Of a DNA stretch of 63,145 nt, positions 9,510-18,691 are shown in pieces (position 1 is the first letter of the stretch; every line of letters begins with the position of its first letter). Both the position numbers and the translations under genes were made by a program. Below the pieces are notes generated by a model. It did no database searches and was not told the origin of the DNA. It saw only the letters and a list, made by a program, of their open reading frames with translations. Origin of the DNA: an uncultured Planctomycetia bacterium (lineage in GTDB: Bacteria; Omnitrophota; Gorgyraeia; 2-02-FULL-51-18; JAGOUK01). Where the stretch lies: assembly GCA_964430735.1 (NCBI GenBank), contig CAYSFB010000012.1, forward strand, positions 1-63,145. The letters run 5' to 3'.

Positions 9510-10093
9510 ACGCTCTTGAATTGGATTTTCACGTCGGGGAGAACGCGCATCACGCCGAACGCCACCGGCGGCTTGAGTCCGAACCAGTCGATGGAAACGG
9601 TCGTCTCGCCAACCACTTCAATCGCGCCGTCCGCCAGCGCGCGTTCGGTCACTTCCAGAACAAGCGGCCGTTCCGCCTGCCGGATCCTGAGCACGCCGTT
9701 CAACCGGTACCGCGCCGCGCCGTCGCCGCCGGCCGGCACGGGCCCGACGCGTTCGACGCTCGAACCGACGAACTCGATCTGAGGATACTGAGGCGCCTCG
9801 AACATCCGGCGCATGGAGTGGTCGCGTTTGATCATGCCGGTCGTCAATTCCATGACCGGAATCCGGATCACCGTGCCGTCACCGATGCGGCCCGCCGGCT
9901 CGTCCCATACCAGCTCCCCGGACATTGACTTAGCGTCTCCGCTGAAGTCATGGAATGTGGACTTGGCGTCAAAATGGACAGAGCTCGCCTTGGGATCCAA
10001 AACATACTGCGCGGGCGCACAAAAGCCGGCGGAAGCGCCTGCGGCAGTCCAAGCGGTGAGCGTCAGAATCGGGATTAGAAGTCGGGTTTTCAT
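9494..10093 (-). CDS. YceI-like periplasmic (polyisoprenoid-binding family) protein
   Basis: Start placed at the internal ATG 10093 (MKTRLLIPILTLTAWTAAGASA signal peptide, AAAGGA upstream). YceI-like core: SSVHFDAKSTFHDFSGDAKSMSGEL ... YPQIEF ... LNGVLRIRQAERPLVLEV. Confidence 0.8.
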   Translation of the reverse strand: MKTRLLIPILTLTAWTAAGASAGFCAPAQYVLDPKASSVHFDAKSTFHDFSGDAKSMSGELVWDEPAGRIGDGTVIRIPVMELTTGMIKRDHSMRRMFEAPQYPQIEFVGSSVERVGPVPAGGDGAARYRLNGVLRIRQAERPLVLEVTERALADGAIEVVGETTVSIDWFGLKPPVAFGVMRVLPDVKIQFKSVWKTA

Positions 10094-10179
10094 ATCAAGT
10101 CCTTTGGGGTGGTGAACCCCTATTTTACTCCCGCCGGGACCCCGCAACGCAAAAAAGCGCGCATGCTATACTGACCGCC

Positions 10180-10905
10180 ATGATCAACCTCGAATCCGTC
10201 CCCAAACCCGACGGCGACTATATCCGGACCATGTTCGACCGGATGGCGCGCAATTACGACGCGTTCACGTTCTGGATGAGCTTCGGCGGGGCAAAGGCTT
10301 TGCGGAGCGAGGCGCTCAAGGATCTGAAGCCCGGCGACCGCGTCCTGGACATTGCCTGCGGCACAGGCGATTTGGCGCTCGAGGCGGCGCGCCGCACCGG
10401 TGGTACGGGCCGCGTGATCGGACTGGATTTTTCGTCCGGAATGCTTGAGGTTGCGGAGCGGCGGCGGATGCGGGATGCGGAGCGGATCCCCGCGCGGCTC
10501 AACTGGGTTTGCCGGGGCGCCGAAACGCTGCCGATCGAAGGGGAAAAATTCGATTGGGTGGTGTCCGGCTTCGCATTGCGCGGACTTTACGAACACATCG
10601 ACCGGATCCTGGACGGCATCCGGGCATCGCTGGTCGACGGCGGCCGGGTCGCGCTTCTGGACCTGACCGAACCGCGCAACCCCGTCCTCAAATTCCTCTA
10701 CAAAACTTTTTTCTATTCCTGGGTCGCTTTTTTGGGCGCCGTTTTATTTGGAAAAAACTACCCTGTCGCCTACCTGCCCGATTCCTCGTCCCGTTTCCTC
10801 AAAGCCTCGGAATTCACCGAAAAGCTCAAATCCAAGGGCTTCCGCGACGTCTCCGCCCGCAGCTTCATCTTCGGCTCCGTCACGCTCTACCGCGCCCAAA
10901 AATAA
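10180..10905 (+). CDS. Class I SAM-dependent methyltransferase, UbiE/MenG-like
   Basis: MFDRMARNYDAFTFWMSFGGAKALR resembles the UbiE N-terminal motif. SAM motif I: VLDIACGTGDLALEAA. 241 aa. Divergent from the YceI operon. Confidence 0.78.
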   Translation: MINLESVPKPDGDYIRTMFDRMARNYDAFTFWMSFGGAKALRSEALKDLKPGDRVLDIACGTGDLALEAARRTGGTGRVIGLDFSSGMLEVAERRRMRDAERIPARLNWVCRGAETLPIEGEKFDWVVSGFALRGLYEHIDRILDGIRASLVDGGRVALLDLTEPRNPVLKFLYKTFFYSWVAFLGAVLFGKNYPVAYLPDSSSRFLKASEFTEKLKSKGFRDVSARSFIFGSVTLYRAQK

Positions 10906-10942
10906 AAAACCGCCGGAAGCACAGGGCCTCCGGCGGTTTTGG
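10905..10942. terminator. Bidirectional rho-independent terminator candidate between convergent genes
   Basis: AAAAAACCGCCGGA-loop-TCCGGCGGTTTT. A GC stem (10910-10917 / 10929-10936) is flanked by an A-tract and a T-tract. It lies between the stop of 10180..10905(+) and the stop of 10955..11206(-). Confidence 0.6.
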
Positions 10943-10954
10943 ATAAATCAGACG

Positions 10955-11206
10955 CTATTTCTTGGTCGAGCAGGAACCGGTGTCTTTGCCGCAGCAGCAG
11001 GGGCAGGGCTTGATGCAGGTGACGAGCTTCACGAGACCCGCCAGACCCACGAGGATGTACACGACCTTGAGAGCCGTCGGATAGGCTCCGAGCAGCTGTT
11101 CGACGTAGTTCACGTTCACCACGCCGATCGCGCCCCAGTTCAGGGCTCCGATGATTACGAGCAGGCCGACAACTTTGCAAATCGGACAGCATTTGGATCC
11201 GGTCAT
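10955..11206 (-). CDS. DUF378-family small membrane protein with Cys-rich termini
   Basis: Core VIIGALNWGAIGVVNVNYVEQLLG...VVYILVGLAGLV matches the DUF378 pattern (IGALNWG...Y.LVGL.G). It carries an extra N-terminal CCPIC and a C-terminal CIKPCPCCCGKDTGSC. Confidence 0.72.
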   Translation of the reverse strand: MTGSKCCPICKVVGLLVIIGALNWGAIGVVNVNYVEQLLGAYPTALKVVYILVGLAGLVKLVTCIKPCPCCCGKDTGSCSTKK

Positions 11207-11291
11207 TCTTCACCTCACGGTTTATTCGAAAGAACAGGGGTCGTACCGAGCCACACCTCCATTGTACTCCCGAATCCCGTCTTCAGCCCGG

Positions 11292-13643
11292 TCACGCTTT
11301 GCCGCGGCCGGAAACAGCCCACATCTGCAAGGTCTCTTTGAGCTTGGCAATCTGGATCGGCTTGGTCAAAAAGGCATTCATGCCGGCTTCAATACAGCGC
11401 TCCCGGTCTTCGGTGAGAGCGCCGGCGGTCAAAGCAATGATCGGGATGGTCATTCCGAGTTCTTTGCGGATTTTAACAGCTGCTTCAATGCCGCCCATGA
11501 CCGGCATCTGCATGTCCATGAGGCAGCAAGCATAAAGGCCCTTTTGGATTTTTTCGATCGCTTCCGCGCCATTGGACGCCATCTCAACAACACAGCCCAT
11601 TTTTTCGAGCAGAATCCGGATCAGCTTCTGGTTCACCGAATTGTCCTCGGCAACCAAAATCCGTACACCGCGCAAAAGGACCTCGTCGTAAGTGTGGCGG
11701 GTGACAATGGGTCCGGGTTCGGTTCTGCGGTCGCCAAGCGCCGCGGCGATAACTCGATAAAGATCATTTTTGATGATGGGTTTGGTCAAAAAGGCGTCAA
11801 ACCCGGAATCCTGGGCCTCCAAAGCGGAGCCCGGAATCACGTTGGAAGTGACGGCGACCAATCGCGTGCCGTTCAAGTGCTTGAGCGACTTGAGTTTGCC
11901 AGCCAGTTCCAGCCCGTCCATATCCGGCATCATGATGTCCAAGAGCGCCAGATCGACCGTTCCCACCTGCTCTTCAAACCACGCGGCGGCGGTCTTGCTG
12001 TCGTCAAAACTCTTGACGACCTCCATCCCCATCTCGAGGCAATATTTTTGAAGAATGTGCCGGGCGTTCGAATTGTCATCCACGATGACCACACGGCGGC
12101 CCTTGAGTTCAGCCACATCAAGCGGCACAAAGTCCTCCCGCGTGATGGGGCGGCCTTCCTCCAGCTCGAGCGTAAGTCTAAAATCACTGCCCGATCCGGG
12201 TTCGGAGACAAGTGTGAGCGACCCGCTCATCGCTTCCGCCAACCGCCGGCTGATGGCCAGACCCAAACCGGTTCCGCCGTAACGCCGCGTGGTCGACGTA
12301 TCCGCCTGCGAAAATGCCTCAAAAATCGCCTCCTGCTTGTCTGCGGGGATCCCGATTCCCGTGTCACGGACACTGATCATAATCCGATGACGTCCGAGTC
12401 CAGCCGGAGAACCCGGTCCCGAAGCCGGGCGCACCGTCACGAGAATTTCGCCCTGTTCGGTGAATTTAGCGGCATTTCCAAGCAGGTTCAGCAACATCTG
12501 ACGGATGCGCGTCGGGTCGCCCTTAAAAAATGAAGGCACTTCCTCGCTGATGTCATACCCAAGTTCCACAGATTTACCGCTGACCCGCGTTTTAATGATC
12601 TGAAGGGAGCTTTCGACCAAATGCTGCAAATCAAAATCAATCGACTCCAGCTTGATCTGGCCGGATTCGATTTTGGAGATATCCAGAATATCGTTGATCA
12701 CACCCAGAAGCGCCTCGCCGCTTTCCTGGATGGTGTTCAGATAGTCGAGCTGGTAGCGATTCAGCTCGGTGCGCTTCAGCAGATCCGAAAAGCCGATCAC
12801 GGCATTCAACGGTGTCCGGATCTCATGCGACATGTTGGCCAAAAAATCGCTCTTCGCCTTGTTCGCCGCCTGGGCCGCTTCGGTGATCGACTCAAGCTCC
12901 GACTGGTATCGGGCCTTCTCTTCAGAGGCCTTTTTAAACTCGGCCGACAGTTTGCGGCCGTACACCGTGATCCCGGCGATAATCATGACGATGAGCGCCG
13001 CGATCAGCATCTCCAGACCGGCAACCCGTCTGGCGGCGGCTTCCTGATCGGTCAAGTGAGCGGATTGGATATCCCGGACCATGCGGCTCAACCCCGCCAA
13101 CTCCGCGTTGAGCACGGCATATCTGCGGTCCATGGTCGCCATCCGCTCGCCCGCCATATCAGCGCTTCCGGCATCGAAAAAGGCAAATATCTTTCCGGCT
13201 TCTCCGGTCATCGCCTCCATCGCCCGTTCGATTTTGCCCACTTGTGTCAGCAGACGCTCCCGCTCGGGGTCGGGAATCTCGGTGCGGATATCCGTCTTCG
13301 CTTGATTCAAATGGTGGTTAAATTTTTCCAACGCGGCTTGCATCCGGGCGGCTTCACGCGAGACCTCTCGGCTATCGAACACATCGTTTCCGGGCGCATT
13401 CGCATCGCCGGCCAACTCGCCCAAGGTCGAATATCGGTCCAGGCGCTCGGCCCACTCTTTGTTGACGTGCACGGATCGCGTGTACATCGTCACCAGGTGG
13501 TGGCTGAGCATAAGGCCGATCAGCACCGTGACCAGATCGAACGCGGCCAGCAGGTAATACACCAAGTGCCAACGCGCCTCCCGGGGGGCCTTGGATTTTG
13601 GGTCATGACTTGAAGCGGAAGGAAGGGACAGGTTCGGACTCAT
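11292..13643 (-). CDS. Hybrid sensor histidine kinase with two receiver domains
   Basis: Two TM segments flank a sensor loop. H-box: FLANMSHEIRTPLNAVIGFSDLL. ATPase boxes: LLGNAAKFTEQGEI, DTGIGIPADKQEAIFEAFSQAD, GGTGLGLAISRRLAE. Two REC domains follow (RVVIVDDNSNARHIL...LLDIMMPDMDG and RILVAEDNSVNQKLI...LMDMQMPVMGG). Confidence 0.92.
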   Translation of the reverse strand: MSPNLSLPSASSHDPKSKAPREARWHLVYYLLAAFDLVTVLIGLMLSHHLVTMYTRSVHVNKEWAERLDRYSTLGELAGDANAPGNDVFDSREVSREAARMQAALEKFNHHLNQAKTDIRTEIPDPERERLLTQVGKIERAMEAMTGEAGKIFAFFDAGSADMAGERMATMDRRYAVLNAELAGLSRMVRDIQSAHLTDQEAAARRVAGLEMLIAALIVMIIAGITVYGRKLSAEFKKASEEKARYQSELESITEAAQAANKAKSDFLANMSHEIRTPLNAVIGFSDLLKRTELNRYQLDYLNTIQESGEALLGVINDILDISKIESGQIKLESIDFDLQHLVESSLQIIKTRVSGKSVELGYDISEEVPSFFKGDPTRIRQMLLNLLGNAAKFTEQGEILVTVRPASGPGSPAGLGRHRIMISVRDTGIGIPADKQEAIFEAFSQADTSTTRRYGGTGLGLAISRRLAEAMSGSLTLVSEPGSGSDFRLTLELEEGRPITREDFVPLDVAELKGRRVVIVDDNSNARHILQKYCLEMGMEVVKSFDDSKTAAAWFEEQVGTVDLALLDIMMPDMDGLELAGKLKSLKHLNGTRLVAVTSNVIPGSALEAQDSGFDAFLTKPIIKNDLYRVIAAALGDRRTEPGPIVTRHTYDEVLLRGVRILVAEDNSVNQKLIRILLEKMGCVVEMASNGAEAIEKIQKGLYACCLMDMQMPVMGGIEAAVKIRKELGMTIPIIALTAGALTEDRERCIEAGMNAFLTKPIQIAKLKETLQMWAVSGRGKA

Positions 13644-14344
13644 GCAGATTCACCCTCATTCAAACCGAAAAATGATCGATAAAACCTTTGCGTCAGAATC
13701 TGCAATTCAGCCTGGTATGCACGATAAAAGTTCATGACCTCCGCCCCTCCGGGTTTGGCCTCGAACCAGTCGAGCAGCATCGAACCGTTCACTTCAATAT
13801 GAAATTGAAGTCCATATGTCGTCCGTCCGTAGCGGAACGCCTGATGCGGGACCTGGCCGTTGGTGGCCAAAAGGACGGCGCCGTCCGGCAGATCAAACGT
13901 GTCTTCGTGCCACTGCAGAACCTGCATCTCTTTTTTATAAAGGGGTTTGAACAGCGGGTCTTCGAGCGCTTCCGCGGTCAGCTGCACTTTTCCCCAGCCG
14001 ATTTCGGGAGTCGGCGCCTTGTAGACTTTTTTGCCGAGGGCCTTGGCGATGAGCTGGGACCCGAGACAGACGCCGAGGACCGGAATGTGCTCGCGGATCA
14101 ACAGCCGGATGAACGCGTCTTCGGCTTTGAGGAACGGGAACTTCGCTTCATCGTCGACATTCATCGGCCCGCCCATCACGCAGACGGCGCGCAACTTGGA
14201 GAGGTCGGACGGGATCGCTTCGCCGCGATAAAGTTCGATGAACCGGACCGGGATGCCATTGGAAATCAAAAAATCATGGATCGTGCCGGCGCCTTCGTTG
14301 GCGACATGCTTCAGAATCCAGACTTCGCGCGTGTCGGCGGTCAT
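13640..14344 (-). CDS. Class I glutamine amidotransferase-like protein
   Basis: Nucleophile elbow VLGVCLGSQLIA and His/Glu context YGLQFHIE. 234 aa. 4-nt overlaps on both sides. Confidence 0.8.
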   Translation of the reverse strand: MTADTREVWILKHVANEGAGTIHDFLISNGIPVRFIELYRGEAIPSDLSKLRAVCVMGGPMNVDDEAKFPFLKAEDAFIRLLIREHIPVLGVCLGSQLIAKALGKKVYKAPTPEIGWGKVQLTAEALEDPLFKPLYKKEMQVLQWHEDTFDLPDGAVLLATNGQVPHQAFRYGRTTYGLQFHIEVNGSMLLDWFEAKPGGAEVMNFYRAYQAELQILTQRFYRSFFGLNEGESA

Positions 14345-15045
14345 GCGATGATCGTCACCGGAGTCCCCTCCGGCACAAAATTAAAAAGTTCGATCACGTC
14401 CTGATTGTACATCCTCACGCAACCATTGGAAGCCGGGCGGCCAATCAGCCCTTCGCTCGGCGTGCCGTGGATATAGATGAACCGCTCCTTCGAGTCGATC
14501 CCCTTGCCTTGATTCAAGCCGGGCTCCAATCCCTCCAACCAGAGAATCCTGGTCGTCACATCGTCATAAGGCGCACCCTTGAGCGTCCGGTCGATCACCG
14601 CCAGCCTCCCCGTATTCACGCGTTCCTTAAAAATGGTGTAAATCGGCGCCCCTGCCCCGATCTTCTTGGCAACCCGGTGCTTCCCCAGCGGCGTCTTGAA
14701 GCTGCCTGCAGCGCTCCCTATGCCGAATTTGGACGTAGAAACCGGGTATTGTTTCACAACCTTCCCGCCCTGAACGAGAAAAAGCTTCTGATCGGAAATT
14801 CTCACAAGAATAGCGGGCCGGGAGGGTGCGCTAGGAGTTATTGGAGCATGCATCGCCTCTTGGCGCGCGCATCCCGGAGCTAGTGCGAGCAGAGTCGCTA
14901 AAAACGTTAGCTTGAGGAGGGTCCGCCGCCGTCCCGGCTGGCGGCATGCAGCGCCCGCGGCGAGTTTTCGCGGCGCCTCGCCGCGAACTGTCTGAGCCGC
15001 AGCGCATGCCGCCAGCCGGGACGGCGGCAGCACGACGAAACTCAT
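14341..15045 (-). CDS. L,D-transpeptidase (YkuD domain), probable Tat-type lipoprotein
   Basis: Catalytic motif IHGTPSEGLIGRPASNGCVRMYNQD. N-terminus has GRRRTLLKL followed by the lipobox LALAPGC. Confidence 0.85.
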   Translation of the reverse strand: MSFVVLPPSRLAACAAAQTVRGEAPRKLAAGAACRQPGRRRTLLKLTFLATLLALAPGCARQEAMHAPITPSAPSRPAILVRISDQKLFLVQGGKVVKQYPVSTSKFGIGSAAGSFKTPLGKHRVAKKIGAGAPIYTIFKERVNTGRLAVIDRTLKGAPYDDVTTRILWLEGLEPGLNQGKGIDSKERFIYIHGTPSEGLIGRPASNGCVRMYNQDVIELFNFVPEGTPVTIIA

Positions 15046-17678
15046 CGGACTTTAGACAACCATCCGGTGAGATCGGCGCGGTCCCGGGCGGTCCAACGGG
15101 CATTCGCCCGGATCACTTCGAGCGACTGATTCACCGCTCTCTGCGCACCCTTAACGGGGTGAGTCTTGAAAAAGCTCTCTACGTCTTTAGCGTGAGATTC
15201 GGCCCGAAATCCCTGAGTCGCGCCTTCCACGATCCGAGTCATCATGCCGAGATTGCCGCCACTGAAGAAGGATGTGACGGTTTTCCACTCGTGTTTCAGG
15301 AATTCCCAAGCTTGTTCACGCGCGGCTGCGTTGGAACCGAAGCCGCCGAGAAGCACGTAGCGGTCCTGCGACCGTACGCCGTCCGAAAGCGCGAACTTGA
15401 GAATGTCCGCGACGATCGCCTTGTCCCGGAAGCGGGTCAAAGAGCGGAGGACGCGGACTTTTTCTTCCTGGAGCGTCGAGTTTTTGAAGATTGTCATGAG
15501 CTGGTCATAGGTCTTGCGGTCGCCGTGCGCCGCGACGGTGCCGTAGACGGCGCCGCGCAGATTCGGGTCGAGCGTGCCGTTTTTCGAGAAGGAAGCGAAC
15601 TTTTTGCGCGCTTCGGCGACCACGGGCTCGTAGCCGTAATGGCCGAGACGCCCCACGGCCATCGACCGCAGCATCACGTCCAGGTGATGGTCCTTGGGCT
15701 TGGAATCCCAGCCGAGCCGCTCGTGCGTCCAGGCGAAGAGCTCGCGGGAAAACACGTTGAACCGGTGGCGCGTTTCGCCGTGCGCCAGCTCTTCCGTCTG
15801 GCCAAGAATACCGGCGATCGTGCTCCAGACGTTGTAATCCATTTCGCGTTCGCATCCGGCGACGAGGTCCATCACCTGCGACGTCTTCATGCGGCCTGCA
15901 CGGGCCAGCACGAATGCGTCGTCCAGAAGGCCCAGCGCGTCTTCCGGCGCGAAGTCGCCGCGCTTCAGGCCTTCGGCCAGCGGTCCGACCAGGGAAGGTC
16001 CGTAGGCGACGCGGTAAAATCCGCTTTGGCCGGGGTTGAGCTTGATCCAGCGGCCGGGGGCCGCATCGAGCGCGAGCGTGCCGGTTCTGTCCGTGAGCAG
16101 CGTCGCGGGAACGGCTGACGAGCCCTGAACAGCCGCGTTGACCGGAACCTGCCACAGCGTTTTACCAGTGTCGCCGGATCCGTCAAAAATAAACCGGCTT
16201 TGACTGAGTTTGAGCACGCGCTTTTTGACGCCGCCGCGGCCATTGGGGCGCGCGGGTTTGGAGTCTTCGACCGTGACGACCGGGTAGCCGCCCTGCCGGG
16301 TATAGCTGGCCATGACGGCGCGCACGGGCTTGCCGCTCGCCTCTTCCAGCGCCTTCCACAAATCGACCGTTTTGGCGTTCTTGTACGCGTATTTCTGGAG
16401 GTAGGCCTTGAGCCCCTTGCGGAGCGCGGGCTCGCCCAGATAATGCTCGAGCATCCGGTTGACCGACGAACCTTTGGCATACGTGATGTGGTCGAAGATT
16501 TCGCGGATCTCTGCCGGGTCTTTCACGTCAATTTCGATCGGATGGGTATTTTTCAGACTGTCGTCGCGCAGCGCGGACAGGTACTCCGTCGCCAAAAACT
16601 GGGTCCAGATTTTCCACTGCGGAAACTGCGCGTCCACCGCTTTGGGGCCCATGAATGACGCGAAGCCCTCGTTCAGCCACAGGTCGGTCCACCACTCCAT
16701 CGTGACCAGGTTGCCGAACCACTGGTGGGCCAGCTCATGATCAATGACTTCCGCGACGCGCTGGCGCGCGGCGACCGAGGAATTCTTGGGATCGACCAGG
16801 AGCGCCGTCTCGCGATACGTGACGAGGCCCCAGTTCTCCATCGCGCCGGATGAGAAGTCGGGAAGCGCGACCATGTCGAGCTTCGGCAGCGAGTACGGAA
16901 TGCCGAACCAGTCGGCAAAATACGGCAGGCAGAACTTGGCGACGTCGAGCGCGAAGCGGCCCTGGGGGATTTTGCCCGGCGTGGTCCAGACGCCGATGTC
17001 GACGCCGTTCTTGTCCTTCACGAAGATGCCCTCGAGATGCGCGACGACGAAGCACAAAAGATACGTCGACATGATCGGGGTTGGTTCGTAGGTGATTTCT
17101 TTTTTGCTGCCGGACGCGACCATCTGCTTCACGGGCATGTTCGACAGCGCGGTGAATTCCTTGGGCACGCGGAGCGTGACTTTGAAGGTGGCCTTCATGT
17201 CCGGCTCGTCCCAGCACGGAAACGCCCGGCGCGCGTCGGTCGCCTCGAACTGGGTCGCCGCGCCCCAGGTCTTCTTGCCTTGATACTCGTAGGAGGTGCG
17301 GTAAAAGCCGTGCATCTGATCGTTGAGCGTTCCGGCGAACTCGATGTCGAGCGTCGCGGCTTCCTGGGGCAGGAATGAACGGGAAAATTCGATCGTCACG
17401 GTTTCGAACTTGGCGTCAAAACGGATGTTTTTGGCTCCGACCCGGAGGCCCTCGACGGTCATGATCGCCGCCTGGTGGATTTTGAGGTCCAGCGCGTGCA
17501 GCGTGATGCTCTTGAAGCTTTTGGCGGCTTTGATCCAGATCGACGTGCGGCCTTCAAACGTAAAGTTGACCAGATCCGGTTCGATCCAAATGTCGTAGCT
17601 CTGCGGAAGGACGTTGCGGTCGAGGCGGTAAGGGTTGGCGGTGGAAGGACGTGCGGTACGCTTGGCAGCTTTAGGCAT
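15042..17678 (-). CDS. pepN: M1-family aminopeptidase N
   Basis: Exopeptidase motif FSSGAMENWGLVTY and zinc motif HELAHQWFGNLVTMEWWTDLWLNEGFA (HExxH-x18-E). 878 aa with an ERAP1-like C-terminal domain. Confidence 0.92.
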   Translation of the reverse strand: MPKAAKRTARPSTANPYRLDRNVLPQSYDIWIEPDLVNFTFEGRTSIWIKAAKSFKSITLHALDLKIHQAAIMTVEGLRVGAKNIRFDAKFETVTIEFSRSFLPQEAATLDIEFAGTLNDQMHGFYRTSYEYQGKKTWGAATQFEATDARRAFPCWDEPDMKATFKVTLRVPKEFTALSNMPVKQMVASGSKKEITYEPTPIMSTYLLCFVVAHLEGIFVKDKNGVDIGVWTTPGKIPQGRFALDVAKFCLPYFADWFGIPYSLPKLDMVALPDFSSGAMENWGLVTYRETALLVDPKNSSVAARQRVAEVIDHELAHQWFGNLVTMEWWTDLWLNEGFASFMGPKAVDAQFPQWKIWTQFLATEYLSALRDDSLKNTHPIEIDVKDPAEIREIFDHITYAKGSSVNRMLEHYLGEPALRKGLKAYLQKYAYKNAKTVDLWKALEEASGKPVRAVMASYTRQGGYPVVTVEDSKPARPNGRGGVKKRVLKLSQSRFIFDGSGDTGKTLWQVPVNAAVQGSSAVPATLLTDRTGTLALDAAPGRWIKLNPGQSGFYRVAYGPSLVGPLAEGLKRGDFAPEDALGLLDDAFVLARAGRMKTSQVMDLVAGCEREMDYNVWSTIAGILGQTEELAHGETRHRFNVFSRELFAWTHERLGWDSKPKDHHLDVMLRSMAVGRLGHYGYEPVVAEARKKFASFSKNGTLDPNLRGAVYGTVAAHGDRKTYDQLMTIFKNSTLQEEKVRVLRSLTRFRDKAIVADILKFALSDGVRSQDRYVLLGGFGSNAAAREQAWEFLKHEWKTVTSFFSGGNLGMMTRIVEGATQGFRAESHAKDVESFFKTHPVKGAQRAVNQSLEVIRANARWTARDRADLTGWLSKVR

Positions 17679-18357
17679 GTGCGGGTTGGCTCCTGGATTT
17701 GCGAATCAGTGTGATCGCAATGTCCGCGAGAGCCAGCACCACGATCGATCCGGCCGCGATCAGCATCCGGTCCGACCAAACACCGGGACTTTGGTCCCAC
17801 TCTTCGCGCAAATAGATGACAAGGGCGACGACGATCACCCAGATGATGAGCTTGTATTCCTGGCTCCTCCAGTACCGCTCCCACGAAAAAGGCCATTTCT
17901 CGCCCGGAGCGTACGCGGCGCCCAAACGCGGCCATAGCGGCGGAACCTGCGAACGGTAGTGCCGGTACGCGTCGCCGAACTTGTCGGTGAGCATCTTCTC
18001 TTCCTTGCGCATCGTGTCCAGGTAAACGGCCAGAAAAACGGCGACGAAAAGAACGCCCCAGATTTGGGAGTTCAGGATGACCGTGAATCCGACGAGGATG
18101 AGCAGCGTACCGGCGTAGAGAGGGTGGCGTAAAAAGCCGTAGGGGCCGGATGTGGTGAGCTTGTCCATTTTGATCGCGTAGCCGTTGGCCCAGCTGCGGA
18201 CGAGAAGGCCGGCGGCAGCGATCCAGGACCCGTACCGGAACGAGTCGTCGTTTGAACGCAGCACCCAAAGAGCCACTGCGCCCGCCGGATACAGCACGGC
18301 AAAACGGAGCTTGAAAAGGCGCTGGATGCGTTCGGAGAGTTTTTTCTGAAGGCTCAT
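17671..18357 (-). CDS. Isoprenylcysteine carboxyl / phospholipid methyltransferase-family membrane protein
   Basis: Multi-TM protein with TSGPYGFLRHPLYAGTLLILVG (ICMT/PEMT motif). Start placed at ATG 18357 (MSLQKKL). The ORF-track GTG at 18432 lacks an SD and would crowd the divergent promoter region. Confidence 0.68.
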   Translation of the reverse strand: MSLQKKLSERIQRLFKLRFAVLYPAGAVALWVLRSNDDSFRYGSWIAAAGLLVRSWANGYAIKMDKLTTSGPYGFLRHPLYAGTLLILVGFTVILNSQIWGVLFVAVFLAVYLDTMRKEEKMLTDKFGDAYRHYRSQVPPLWPRLGAAYAPGEKWPFSWERYWRSQEYKLIIWVIVVALVIYLREEWDQSPGVWSDRMLIAAGSIVVLALADIAITLIRKSRSQPAHA

Positions 18358-18453
18358 AATCGGAGTATTATAAGCCACAAAAGCGTTCAAGAGTTGTACG
18401 ATTTTTGGTAAAATTGGGGCGTTTCGAAGCACCCAAATCCAAGGAGGTATTCT

Positions 18454-18624
18454 GTGAGCGGTTTACTCGGTTTAGTCATCCTCATCCTCGACATCGTCGC
18501 GATCGTCGACATCATCAAGAGCTCCAAGGACACCGGCAAGAAGATCCTTTGGCTTCTGCTCGTCATCCTGCTGCCGGTCATCGGTCTCGTCCTGTACTTC
18601 CTGCTCGGCAAAAAGTCCAACTAG
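18454..18624 (+). CDS. Small 2-TM PLDc_N-type membrane protein (56 aa), not in ORF track
   Basis: AAGGAGG-N6-GTG. Translation: VSGLLGLVILILDIVAIVDIIKSSKDTGKKILWLLLVILLPVIGLVLYFLLGKKSN, the typical PLD-nuclease-N-terminal small-protein pattern. A strong terminator follows. Confidence 0.65.
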   Translation: MSGLLGLVILILDIVAIVDIIKSSKDTGKKILWLLLVILLPVIGLVLYFLLGKKSN

Positions 18625-18638
18625 TCTCTTTCAAAATC

Positions 18639-18674
18639 AAAAAGGGCGGGGGAAAACTCCCCCGCCCTTTTTTT
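18639..18674. terminator. Bidirectional rho-independent terminator
   Basis: AAAAA-GGGCGGGGG-AAAACT-CCCCCGCCC-TTTTTTT. A 9-bp GC stem (18644-18652 / 18659-18667) has a 7-T tract on the plus side and an A tract on the other. It lies between convergent genes ending at 18624(+) and 18692(-). Confidence 0.8.
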
Positions 18675-18691
18675 GTCCGAAAAATCCCGAT

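Noticed and set aside
11151-13613. Plus-strand ORFs 11151..12533 and 12621..13613
   Set aside because: Both are antisense to the hybrid histidine kinase, whose H, N, G boxes and REC domains are unambiguous.
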